Positions 9,252 to 18,723 of a stretch of DNA of 64,000 nucleotides are shown piece by piece. This stretch comes from an uncultured Prevotella sp. (GTDB lineage: Bacteria; Bacteroidota; Bacteroidia; Bacteroidales; Bacteroidaceae): assembly GCA_964602785.1 (NCBI GenBank), contig CAZRSL010000006.1:240-64239 (forward strand), in the 5' to 3' direction. Both the position numbers and the translations under genes were made by a program. Numbering within the stretch: position 1 is the first letter of the stretch; each line of letters opens with the position of its first letter. A model generated the notes under the pieces. It saw only the letters and a list, made by a program, of their open reading frames with translations. It was not told the origin of the DNA and made no database searches.

Positions 9252-9740
9252 ATCGATGACAAAACTGTTCTAAACAGAACCCGTTTTCGACAAAGAAAAG
9301 CGTGGTACCGTCCTGTTGTCCATTCTACCAACAGAGGCTCTTGCATTGCCCATCAAAGTTGAACAGACAACGTTAGAGCCCACGCCGATATGAATATAGC
9401 TTAACCGTAAAGAGACCCGTACACACACATCATACCCGCAAAAAGGTATAATTCCTGTTTACAAGGTCTCCACGGGAATGATATAATCACACCCCGGACA
9501 TCTACCGTTGCTTTGTTCAAGACTTTGATTTCGGAGGTTGCAAGATTCCTGTTGGTCTCAAACACAGCGGCGACAAACGCCTTTTTTATGTCTGGACTAT
9601 TTGCTTCCCACCCATGGCCCGCTTGGCATTGCTGGTTGTCGCGTGGCGACACCATCCTGCTCAGCCCGGCGTGGGCTGCCTCGCTGCCATGGTGGGAGAT
9701 CACGTCTCACCGTAATGTTGCAAGGCTGTATAGTCCACTT
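9252..9740 (-). ncRNA. Long structured 5' leader RNA, putative attenuator (copy 1, upstream of upxY)
   Basis: Homologous to 41217-41630 with covarying stems and a compensatory loop-loop pairing (see findings). Confidence 0.75.
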
Positions 9741-9741
9741 G

Positions 9742-9749
9742 CAAAGGTA
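9742..9749 (-). promoter_or_regulatory. Bacteroidota sigma-A -7 element TACCTTTG for the upxY operon
   Basis: Matches the TAnnTTTG consensus; lies just upstream of the structured leader. Confidence 0.6.
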
Positions 9750-9895
9750 CAAAGTTTTTTCGGTTATCTGCAAGCTTTTCCACATTTTTGCCGTTTTAAA
9801 AGTTGTTAACACCAATTACTCAAGCCATCAGCTACTGTAGACGACCGTGTTTTGCGGCATCCCCCAGCGGCATCAATATATGGAAATAACACAGA

Positions 9896-9938
9896 AAAAG
9901 GCCCGCGAGCAGGGATGTCGTTCCCTCTCGCGGGCCTT
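9896..9938 (-). terminator. Rho-independent terminator after the large GLUG protein gene
   Basis: AAGGCCCGCGAG...CTCGCGGGCCTT stem followed by a T-run on the minus strand. Confidence 0.75.
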
Positions 9939-9976
9939 GATAGTTAGCCGAGCTGGAGGCTCAGCTGTAGAGTTTG

Positions 9977-12900
9977 CTACCTGACGGTCTTCTCAGTGGT
10001 CTGAGTGCCGTCGGTGTAAGTCTTGCGGATGATAAGCACCTGACCGCGGCGCACCTGGCTTGGACTCACCTCCATACCGTCGACAGTGTAGTAGCGCCGG
10101 CTCTTCAGCTCCTTGCCGGTGGCGATGGAGCGGATGCCAGTGGCGTTGTCGGCGTTCAGGGTGAAGGTCTTGCTCCAGTTGCCGAGCTTGGCCGTAACGG
10201 TGAACAGACCGGTGAACGGCGTGTTGAACGCGGCCACATTGCCATTGAAGGTGATGCTTGCCGAGTCGGCAGTCCATGTCAGTCCGTCGGTCTGGCCCAC
10301 GTAGAAGGCCTTGGTGATGTGCTGCCACGAGTCGCCGTCAGCTGCCACAGGTATCACACCCGAGAAGCGGGCTGCGGCCGAGTCAGCGAAGATGGTGAGC
10401 ACAGGCAGACTGTAGTCGTCGTTGTGCTTGAACGCGCTTCCGAGGTCGAGCTTGGCCATTGCTGCAGCGTCGAGGCCAGTGGCCTGAGCGTCGTGGGCGT
10501 TGGCTGCGTTAAGGTCGCTGAGGAAGTAAGTGTTCTCCATCACGTTGTTCTCGTTCCAGTAGCGGCTGTAGGTGGAGCCGATGATGTTGCCACAGGTGTC
10601 GGCCTTCTGCTCGTCGCTGAGGCCGTCGGTGATGACCACCACCTTGCCAGCGTTGTAGCTGTTATGGAACTCGGTGGCGTTGCCAGTGGTGAGAGCCGTT
10701 ACACGATTTGGCTGGCCCACCAGTCCGCCCACATAGCTTGCGCCCGTAACGGTGCCGGTGTTGTAGCAGTTGTAGAAGTGGGCCGACGAGACGCCAGCCA
10801 GACCGCCGATGGCGTAGCCCGACGTGGTGCCGTTGGTGCCGCCCGCTGTGAGCGAGGTGGAGACGTTGCCGATGTTGAAGCAGTTCTCCACATTGCCCTT
10901 GCTGGTGCCGTAGCCGATGATGCCGCCGGCGCGGTTGGTCGATGTGGCTATGTCGCCGGTGTTGTAGCAGTTGCGGATCACGTTGGTGGTGTCACCAGTG
11001 AAACTGGCCACGATGCCGCCCAGTCCGAAGCCGCCGTCGATGCGTCCGGCATTGTAGCAGTTCTCAATGAGCATGTTCTTGCTCATAGAGTAGCAGACGA
11101 TGCCACCGCCCTGGTTGCCGTTGGCTGTAACGTCGCCCAGATTGTAGCAGTTGCTCACGATTGTGGCCACGCTGGCAGTACCTGATGCGTTCTTGCCTAT
11201 CAGACCGGCGGTGTAGACGTTCTTCTCCGACATGATGGTGCCGCTGTTCCAGCTGTTGGTGATCTTGGAGCCAACGCTGTAGAAGCTCATCAGACCGGCT
11301 GTGGGCGCATTGCTGGTGGACGCTGTGGCCGCCGCGATCATGTCGCCAGTGTTGTAGCAGCTGTCCATCTCAACAACGGTGGTGAAGCTGTTGCCAGCAG
11401 TGATCAGTCCGGCCACGTTGCCCTTTGCGGTGATTGTGGCGGTGTTGTAGCTCTTCTTGATGGAGAGCGTGCCAGCTCCACTGACGTTGGCGATGAGGCC
11501 GGCTGCGAAGGTGGTGTTGTTGGTCTTGGCCACCGAGATCTCGCCAGTGTTGAACACATTATTATATGTTGCAGGAGCCGACACGCAAGCGAAACCAGCA
11601 ATGTAGTTGGCAGTGCTGGTCTGGCTCACCTTGCCCTCGTTGCCGCAGGTATTGAACTGTGCGCCGCTGTAGACCTGTGCGGCGAAGCCAGCCAAGTATG
11701 CCTTCGACGACGACACGTCGGCGCGGTTGTAGCAGCTGTCGAACTCGGCTGTGCCGTAGGCGTGGGCCACAAATCCAGCCGCGTAGGTCTGGGTTGTGGT
11801 AACGGCTATCTGGTTGACGCAGTTCTTCACCCGACCATACACGTCGCCGGCGAATCCAGCCGCATAGGTGTGGGTGGCTGTCATCTTGCCCTCTAAGGTG
11901 AGGTCGTGCACGTAGCCAAACTCGCCGATCACCGAGAATGCGCCGCCGCCCTCAGCAGTGGCTATCGACTTGTTGGTGATGCCGGAGATGGTCATGCCGT
12001 TGCCGTCGAAGTCGCCGTTCATCGGGGTGATGAAGTCGCGGCCTATCTGCTTGAACGTCTCGCCGCTGAAGTCGATGTTGTTCTCCACACGCAGATACTG
12101 GCCCTTGAAGCTCTCGGCGCAGTCGACCATATAGTCGGACACGGCGTTCCAGTCCTGCGGAGTCTTGATGAGGAACGGCGATGCCTGGGTGCCGTCGCCC
12201 TCAAGCGGGAACGGATAACGCTGCTTGATGATCATCACCTTGGTGTAGTTAGGTGCGGCTGCCACGAGGGTGTCGACCTGCAGGCTGCTGACCGTTGCCG
12301 GAACCACAACCTTGCTGCCGTCGATCTTGAACGATGTGCCCTGGGTGAGCTGCCAAGTGGTGGCGGCTGGGGCTGAGAGCGCGATGTCGCTCTTCACGTC
12401 GAATGCCGTCTCGCCAGTGCCAATCTGCGGGATCACGCTTGCGGCATTCTTCACGATGGAATCGTTGGCAAACTGCTTCAGCACGGGGTACTTGCCCTGT
12501 TCAAACTGCCAGAGGCTGTCGGCCAGTCCGGCCAGTTTCTCTCCGCTGATGAGGGCCGATGTCTCCACGCCCGTTGCGGCGTTGATTTCGGTTGCGCCAC
12601 CAGAGGCGTAGGGAGCAATCTGCTTGTCGAAGTAGATGTTGGCGTTCTTGGCGCCATCCGATTCGTTGCTGCCAGTGATGCCACCGATGAGACCCTGGTC
12701 GAGGGTGATCACCGTGCCATAGCTGACCGAGCTGATGATGTCGCTCAGGCCCACGTCGGCGTAGGTGTCGGCGGGCTTGCTGATGTTGCCGGCTATGCCA
12801 CCCACCATTGAGGTGTAGGCGTAGACTGTGCCAGCGTTGACGCTGTTGCTGATGGTGCCAGCGCTCAGCGTGCCCACGATGCCACCAGAATAGCGCATGC

Positions 12901-15900
12901 GGCTGGCGTTGCGGGCCACCGATGTCTGGTTGAAGTAGGAGAGCTGCTCCACGGTAACGGCACCAGTGTTCATCGAGTTCTCGATGCGGCCACTGGAAGT
13001 GCCGGCAATGCCGCCGACGTCCATGTAGCCAGTGGCCACGTTGCCTGTGTTGAGGCAGTTGCGCACTGTGCCTTCCTTCTCCACACGGCCCACGATGCCG
13101 CCTATCCAGCAGCTCAGGCCTTTCACGTCGGCGTGGTTGACGCAGTTCTCCACGAGACCGTAGTTGTCGCCAACAAACGGTCCTGCCGTGGCCCAGAACT
13201 CAAGCTTGGCGTCGGCCGCGATGGTCAGGTTCTTCACCACGCCATTCAGGTCGAGGCGGCTGAAGAGACCGTTCCATCCCTTCGACCCGTCGGAGCCAGT
13301 AGATGGGGTGCCTGTGCCGTCGGCAAAACCGGTGGTGGGCTCGGTGGTCCACTTCACGTAGCCTCCGAGATAGAGGTTGTGCAGGGTATGGCCCGCGCCG
13401 TCGAACACACCGGCGAAGCGCGAGTAGGCGTCGTCAGGATTGTTGGCGAAGCCGATGAACGCAGTGTCGAGCTCCATGTCGATGTCGTTCATCACCTGGA
13501 AGTAGGTCTGCGGGAAGTAGAGGTTCTTGTTGGTGGTCAGGTCAGACAGATAAATCATGTCGGCCTTGGTCTTGATCTGGTAGGGGTTGGCCTCGGTGCC
13601 GGCTCCGTCGAGCGTTACCGGGGCGGCCTTGATGGCGTAGGAGAGCGAGTCGCGGCCGTTGACAACATAGAGCGTGTCGGTGCCGTAGCCGCCGTTGAGC
13701 ACGAGGTCGGTGCCGCTGATGCTCATGTAGTTGCCCTCGCTGCCGGCCGTTCCGCCCTTCACGAGCTTGAACTTGGTGTTGCTCAGGGCGTTCACCTTGG
13801 CAGTCTTGGCCATGTTCTCAAGTGAGTTGCCCTCGGCGAAGATGAGCGCGCTCGAAGCGTAAGCCCCTGCCTCGGTGCTCTCGGCAAACTTCAGGCGCGG
13901 ATAGTAGCCGCTTTGGAATGTCCAGACCGAAGTGTCATAGCCGTCGAGCACGGTGCCCGATGTCAGTGTGGCTGTGGGAGTGCTGAAGCGCACCGAGTTG
14001 TTGTTGGTGATCTGGTTGTCGAAGTAGATGCCGCTGAGTGTCGGGTTGGCGCCGTCGGCTATTGAGCCGAGAGCCTCGCGCACACCGTTCTTCGAGTCAT
14101 ACTGGTAGGTCTCGGCATCGACAAAGCCTGCCGAGAAGGCGTTGACGACGGAGCTCTCTATCGAGTCGTTGCCCACCTTGTTCTTGGCCACAAGGCCGGT
14201 GATGCCACCGCAGTTGACAGCGCTAACCGCCAGCACGGTGCTGGTGGAGTAGGCGTTGCTCAGTTTGGAGGCTGCCAGCAGACCAACCACGCCGCCCGCC
14301 TGGGTCTTGCTGTCGTAGCCACGCAGGTAGGCACGCGAGAACGCCTGGTCGATGGTGGAGTTGTAGGCAGTGCCCACCACGCCGCCAATGCGCTGGTTGG
14401 ACGAACTGGTGTAGACGGTGCCGGTGAAGTAGCACTTCTCCGCGCTTGCGCTGTAGAGGTTGCCCACCACGCCGCCTACGGGGTTGTAGTCGCCGCCACC
14501 CTCAGTGATGCTGACACCAGTGGCGAAGCAGTTGCTGATGGAGCCGTCGACCTCGCCAGCCACACCGCCCACGTAGCCGTAGGAGCCGGTGATGGTGCTG
14601 TTGACAACGTCGGAGTTGCTGATGGTGGAGCCAGTGCCGATGATGCCGCCTGTGGCCATGCCGCTTGCGGTGACCTTGGCGTTGACGACGTGGATGTTGT
14701 CCATCGTTCCGCTTTCCCATCCAGCCAGCACGCCGGTGAAGCTGCCGGAGTTGTTGATGGTCGGGCTGTCAAACGTCAGATCCTTGATGGTTGTGAGCGA
14801 GTCGACGCGGCCAAAGAGGCCGGCATAACCCACAGTGGACGACACGTTGAGGTTCTTCAGCGTGTGGCCGCCACCGTCCAGGTTGCCCGAGAACAGATAC
14901 GTGTAGCCGTTGCCGATGGGCGTGAAGCGGTAGTTCTCCATGTCGATGTCGTTCATCACCTTGAACCACTTGCCCTTGTAGGCGCGGTGGATGACGTAGG
15001 CGCCGATGGTGTCGGTGGCTTCCCATGCCTTGGCGTTGTCGGAGAGGAGGATCAGGTCGTCGAGCTGCTTGATCTGATACGGGTCGGCCTCGGTGCCGCT
15101 GCCCTCAAAGCTCGACACTGAGAGTGCCGGATAGGTGAATGTGGCATCCTGGTCGTTGTACTCAAGATAGCCCGAAAGCCTGTAGCCGGCGTAGGCGCTT
15201 GAGGCCAAGAGCGACCAGGCACCCCACGAGATGCGCTTGTTGCCAGTGGCCTTGGCGCAGGTGATGGTGCTCGTGAAGTTGGACGACATGGCCGTGGTGT
15301 CGGGGTTTACCACGCCCACGGTCTGGAAGTTGCCGTAGCTTGAGGCGTACATGGCCACCTGCGACGCTATCGTGGCGGTGGAGTCGCGCTGCAGCTCTAT
15401 CTCCACGGTGTGGCCTTGTCCGGCGAAGTTCTTCACCTGCACCACATTCGACGAAATCTGGTTGATTGCCACGTTGTAGCCGTAGGTTTGGGCTGTGGTG
15501 CTGTCACTTGGAATCGCCGTGTAGATGAGGCGGCCGTTGGCCACGTCGAGCTTGGTGTCCGACCAGGCCTGATAGACGGCGTCCTTGCTCGAGCCGTCGG
15601 CCACGAAGAAGCCCCAGTAGTCGTCAATCTGGAGCGAGCCATCGGCGTTGATGGTGCCGCTGACAGCCTTGTCGCGGTCGATCACAGCCTTGCCACCAGT
15701 GATTGTGAAGTAGCAGACATCGACGTTCCACTTGTTGGTGGTGTCGACGGCCACAATCTGGTTGGGGATGTAGAACTTGCCCGCGGCTGCGTCGACGGCG
15801 GCTTTAACCACGTAGCCGGAGCCGCCGAAACCCGTCAGGGTTACGGTGTCGGCATCCTGGGCTGCGACGACGACCGAGTGGCCGCCCTCGAAGCTGCCTG

Positions 15901-16225
15901 TGAGCGAGCTGGAGGTCCAGACGTAGGTGCCGGCAAGGTCGCTTGCCGTGCTCACCCGCTTTGGCGCACGGCGCATTGTGGTGGCCGCCTTGCCCTGTTT
16001 GGGCTTGGGCTGCTCCTTCAACGTGCCGGTGTAGAGGCTCAGCTGCTCTTGCGGAGTGGCCAGTTGCAGGGCTTGGGCTGCCGGCTGCGAACTGACGCGC
16101 TGGGTTGCCTCCTGCGGTTCAGCCAACAGCTTGGCCGAACTGACCACCGTCTGCTGTGCCTGTAATCCAGCGGGAACGCCGAGCAGAATGGCAAGCAGGG
16201 CAATAAGAAATGTAGCTTTTCTCAT
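9977..16225 (-). CDS. Large (~2080 aa) GLUG/beta-helix repeat surface protein, probable T9SS cargo
   Basis: True start MRKATFLIALL (16225); the ORF-track extension runs through a REP doublet. Three GxGTxxxPYxI modules, many VGGIxG repeats, CTD-like TGIRSI...YYTVDG...TEKTVR. Confidence 0.85.
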   Translation of the reverse strand: MRKATFLIALLAILLGVPAGLQAQQTVVSSAKLLAEPQEATQRVSSQPAAQALQLATPQEQLSLYTGTLKEQPKPKQGKAATTMRRAPKRVSTASDLAGTYVWTSSSLTGSFEGGHSVVVAAQDADTVTLTGFGGSGYVVKAAVDAAAGKFYIPNQIVAVDTTNKWNVDVCYFTITGGKAVIDRDKAVSGTINADGSLQIDDYWGFFVADGSSKDAVYQAWSDTKLDVANGRLIYTAIPSDSTTAQTYGYNVAINQISSNVVQVKNFAGQGHTVEIELQRDSTATIASQVAMYASSYGNFQTVGVVNPDTTAMSSNFTSTITCAKATGNKRISWGAWSLLASSAYAGYRLSGYLEYNDQDATFTYPALSVSSFEGSGTEADPYQIKQLDDLILLSDNAKAWEATDTIGAYVIHRAYKGKWFKVMNDIDMENYRFTPIGNGYTYLFSGNLDGGGHTLKNLNVSSTVGYAGLFGRVDSLTTIKDLTFDSPTINNSGSFTGVLAGWESGTMDNIHVVNAKVTASGMATGGIIGTGSTISNSDVVNSTITGSYGYVGGVAGEVDGSISNCFATGVSITEGGGDYNPVGGVVGNLYSASAEKCYFTGTVYTSSSNQRIGGVVGTAYNSTIDQAFSRAYLRGYDSKTQAGGVVGLLAASKLSNAYSTSTVLAVSAVNCGGITGLVAKNKVGNDSIESSVVNAFSAGFVDAETYQYDSKNGVREALGSIADGANPTLSGIYFDNQITNNNSVRFSTPTATLTSGTVLDGYDTSVWTFQSGYYPRLKFAESTEAGAYASSALIFAEGNSLENMAKTAKVNALSNTKFKLVKGGTAGSEGNYMSISGTDLVLNGGYGTDTLYVVNGRDSLSYAIKAAPVTLDGAGTEANPYQIKTKADMIYLSDLTTNKNLYFPQTYFQVMNDIDMELDTAFIGFANNPDDAYSRFAGVFDGAGHTLHNLYLGGYVKWTTEPTTGFADGTGTPSTGSDGSKGWNGLFSRLDLNGVVKNLTIAADAKLEFWATAGPFVGDNYGLVENCVNHADVKGLSCWIGGIVGRVEKEGTVRNCLNTGNVATGYMDVGGIAGTSSGRIENSMNTGAVTVEQLSYFNQTSVARNASRMRYSGGIVGTLSAGTISNSVNAGTVYAYTSMVGGIAGNISKPADTYADVGLSDIISSVSYGTVITLDQGLIGGITGSNESDGAKNANIYFDKQIAPYASGGATEINAATGVETSALISGEKLAGLADSLWQFEQGKYPVLKQFANDSIVKNAASVIPQIGTGETAFDVKSDIALSAPAATTWQLTQGTSFKIDGSKVVVPATVSSLQVDTLVAAAPNYTKVMIIKQRYPFPLEGDGTQASPFLIKTPQDWNAVSDYMVDCAESFKGQYLRVENNIDFSGETFKQIGRDFITPMNGDFDGNGMTISGITNKSIATAEGGGAFSVIGEFGYVHDLTLEGKMTATHTYAAGFAGDVYGRVKNCVNQIAVTTTQTYAAGFVAHAYGTAEFDSCYNRADVSSSKAYLAGFAAQVYSGAQFNTCGNEGKVSQTSTANYIAGFACVSAPATYNNVFNTGEISVAKTNNTTFAAGLIANVSGAGTLSIKKSYNTATITAKGNVAGLITAGNSFTTVVEMDSCYNTGDMIAAATASTSNAPTAGLMSFYSVGSKITNSWNSGTIMSEKNVYTAGLIGKNASGTASVATIVSNCYNLGDVTANGNQGGGIVCYSMSKNMLIENCYNAGRIDGGFGLGGIVASFTGDTTNVIRNCYNTGDIATSTNRAGGIIGYGTSKGNVENCFNIGNVSTSLTAGGTNGTTSGYAIGGLAGVSSAHFYNCYNTGTVTGASYVGGLVGQPNRVTALTTGNATEFHNSYNAGKVVVITDGLSDEQKADTCGNIIGSTYSRYWNENNVMENTYFLSDLNAANAHDAQATGLDAAAMAKLDLGSAFKHNDDYSLPVLTIFADSAAARFSGVIPVAADGDSWQHITKAFYVGQTDGLTWTADSASITFNGNVAAFNTPFTGLFTVTAKLGNWSKTFTLNADNATGIRSIATGKELKSRRYYTVDGMEVSPSQVRRGQVLIIRKTYTDGTQTTEKTVR

Positions 16226-16358
16226 TTTGGTGTTGTTGATTGGTTGAGGACAATGTGTGCTATAGGTTGTTCCTTGGGCGCAAGCGGGCTTCGCTGTCCT
16301 CATATAGACGATGCCCGATGCGTTTGGGGAGGTTGAAATCAAGGGTTGTATATATGAC

Positions 16359-16431
16359 GTAGGGGCGTGATTTATCATGCCCGAAACTCTGGTCGTTTGC
16401 CTATCGCGGGCATGATAAATCATGCCCCTGC
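16359..16431. repeat. GTAG-type REP doublet (REPIN-like)
   Basis: GTAGGGGCGTGATTTATCATGCCC...GGGCATGATAAATCATGCCCCTGC; inverted near-copy at 59119-59191. Confidence 0.75.
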
Positions 16432-16476
16432 GGTTTGGCTTGTGCTTGCTGCCTGAGTTTTGCATAAATCATCAGT

Positions 16477-18723
16477 TTATTGATTCACCACTTTGGCAGC
16501 CCGCAAGCCTTGCCTCAGCACGTAGACACTCTGCGGCAGACTGTGGAGCGTGGCCTCGCGGCTCTGCCCTGTGGCGACGAGGCGGCCTTGCATGTCGTAG
16601 ATCCTCACCGTGCTGTCAATGGCGTTGGTGGCGGCTATGTCGCGGATGGCGGTGGGTGTCTGCTCGTAGGTGATGGCGAAGTTGTCGAGATAGACGGTGT
16701 CGGTGGTCGAGCCGGTGCGCTCGGTAATGGCGAAGCCGATGCCCGACGTGCCGTTGAGGCGGAACTGCATGGTGGTGCGCTTGCCCGCCTCAACCATTAT
16801 GTTGCGCGTGCCGCTGAAGTCGCTCAGCATGGTGCGCGTGCCGTTCTGGTTGACACTGTGCACATTGAACACCACCGTCTGGCTGGTCGGGTTCACCACG
16901 TCGATGCTCATAGTCTGCATGTTCTGGTTGATCACGCCCGATTCGAGCACAGCCTGGCGCACCATGGCCACGCCCTTGTGGTCGCTCACCAGCCCAGTGT
17001 GCAGACTGTCGGGGCTGACGATGCGCGCGCCTGTCAGGCTCCACGTGCAGAAGCGGCCCGCCACGCCGGTGGTGTCGGCAGTGGTCAGTGGCATGGTCTC
17101 GAAGTCCTCAATGGCCGACGGCGTGTCCTCCACTGTTGTGCTGAAGGTTATCACGCCGTTCTCCTCCTTGATGTTGCTCAGCGAGATGCCAGTGAGCATA
17201 CCCGTCCACGAGCGCAGGTTGGGCGTGGTGTTGTTGCCCAGCTCTGTGATGCCAGTGGAGCCAGGCAGCGGGTCGGAGTCGCTGTCGATGGGCGACGTGC
17301 CGCTGATGCGCGGGTTGACGCGCAGCAGTTCGTAGTAGTTGTGGGATGGGTTGCAGTTGATGTCGTTGCTTGTCCACACGCTGGTGTCGGTGGAGTCGAC
17401 GCGGAAGACGAGCATACCGTGGCCGGGCAGATAGGCGTTCCACTTGCCTTGCTGCCGGTTCTCCAAGAGGAAGAACTCCTTGTCGACGGCGGTGTTGATG
17501 CGGTAGCCGGTGTTCACCTCGTCGATGTCGTCGAGAGTGTAGTCGCCGGCCTCGGTGATGAGTTGCGGGGTGGCGAATCCGGCCTGGTATCGCTCGAAGA
17601 GGGAGTAGCCGCAGGGCGTGCGCGAGCTGTTGAGGTAGGGGCCGCTGGCCATCACCGACCACTTGCCCGGGTGTATGCTCTGGCCGCCGCTGCCCGAATA
17701 GTCGGTGTCGTACTCATCGCAGAGGCCCAGCACGTGGCTGAACTCGTGGCATATAGTGCCTATGCCGTCGAGCAGCTTGTTGCTCGGCGCGCCGAAGAGT
17801 TCGGTTGAGCAGGCGTAGCGTCCGAAGCGCACGCCATCGAGCGAGAGTGTGGTGAGGTAGGAGGCGTGGGGCCAAAGCAGGCGGCTGTCGTTGCTGCCGA
17901 AGTTGGATCCTCCGCCGGCGAAAATGAAGTACACCATGTCGACCACGCCGTTGCCGTCGGTGTCGTAGTTCTTGTAGTCGACGAGCGAGTCGGCTACGAT
18001 GAGGGCGGCACGCTGCAGTCCGGGATAGTTGTTACGGCCCTCATACATGCTGTGGTCGATTTTCACCGGGCCGACCACGTCGAAATGTGGGTCGAAGAGA
18101 CCCGCCGAGTTGTCGTAGAAATAGTCGCGCACGCTGCCGGTGTAGCTGATGTGCTCTGGCAGGGCGGCGTTGGTCATGTAGCCGCTGAAGCCGCGCTCGT
18201 TGATCATGCTGTCCACAATCTCAGCGTAGTCGTCGCGCGAGAAGTCGCAGTCGTTGTACTCCACGAGCACCACCAGTCCGCGGAACTTGCTGTACTCGAA
18301 GAATGGGGCCGCCCCTTGCCTGCTACTGATGCGCAGGGCATCCTCGGCGGCCTTGGCTTTACGGATGGGGGGGGTAAGATTTGGCCGCAGCATCTTCGGC
18401 GTTGTGCCGCGGAACTGCAGTTCCTCTGTCGTGCGGGCCTTGGCGTCGTGTGCCTCGATGCTGGTGGCCACAAGCTGGCCGTCCTGCAGCTGCGCATAGA
18501 CGTAGCAACCTTGGTCGTTACGCACCACAGAATAGCCGTCGGCGGTGGTCGTGAAGCTCATCCACTCGTCGCCGCAGAGGCGCAGCTCCACGGTGGTGCC
18601 GTCGGGCTGGGTGGCGGTGAAGGTGCCGGGATAGGCCGGGATGGCCTTTGCCGCACCCGTGGTAAACACTGCCGCAGTGGCTATGAGTGTGAGCTTGACG
18701 AGATAGGTGTATAATCTGTTCAT
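16477..18723 (-). CDS. M6 (immune inhibitor A-like) metalloprotease, T9SS cargo
   Basis: N-terminal QPDGT...GDE pro-region, HEFSHVLGLCD zincin motif, WSVMASG, EFFLLENRQ, CTD IYDMQGRLV. Confidence 0.9.
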   Translation of the reverse strand: MNRLYTYLVKLTLIATAAVFTTGAAKAIPAYPGTFTATQPDGTTVELRLCGDEWMSFTTTADGYSVVRNDQGCYVYAQLQDGQLVATSIEAHDAKARTTEELQFRGTTPKMLRPNLTPPIRKAKAAEDALRISSRQGAAPFFEYSKFRGLVVLVEYNDCDFSRDDYAEIVDSMINERGFSGYMTNAALPEHISYTGSVRDYFYDNSAGLFDPHFDVVGPVKIDHSMYEGRNNYPGLQRAALIVADSLVDYKNYDTDGNGVVDMVYFIFAGGGSNFGSNDSRLLWPHASYLTTLSLDGVRFGRYACSTELFGAPSNKLLDGIGTICHEFSHVLGLCDEYDTDYSGSGGQSIHPGKWSVMASGPYLNSSRTPCGYSLFERYQAGFATPQLITEAGDYTLDDIDEVNTGYRINTAVDKEFFLLENRQQGKWNAYLPGHGMLVFRVDSTDTSVWTSNDINCNPSHNYYELLRVNPRISGTSPIDSDSDPLPGSTGITELGNNTTPNLRSWTGMLTGISLSNIKEENGVITFSTTVEDTPSAIEDFETMPLTTADTTGVAGRFCTWSLTGARIVSPDSLHTGLVSDHKGVAMVRQAVLESGVINQNMQTMSIDVVNPTSQTVVFNVHSVNQNGTRTMLSDFSGTRNIMVEAGKRTTMQFRLNGTSGIGFAITERTGSTTDTVYLDNFAITYEQTPTAIRDIAATNAIDSTVRIYDMQGRLVATGQSREATLHSLPQSVYVLRQGLRAAKVVNQ

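Noticed and set aside
9499-9512. CAACGGTAG as an RfaH ops-like site
   Set aside because: Only a partial match to GGCGGTAG, and the second copy reads CAACGATAG. It is better explained as a pairing strand.
9401-9840. Short ORFs (72-100 aa) in the upxY leader and the 133-aa ORF 41216-41617 in the cotH leader
   Set aside because: The two homologous leaders conserve base pairing, not a reading frame.
16226-16465. 80-aa N-terminal extension of the GLUG protein in the ORF track
   Set aside because: It translates a REP doublet; the signal peptide starts at 16225.
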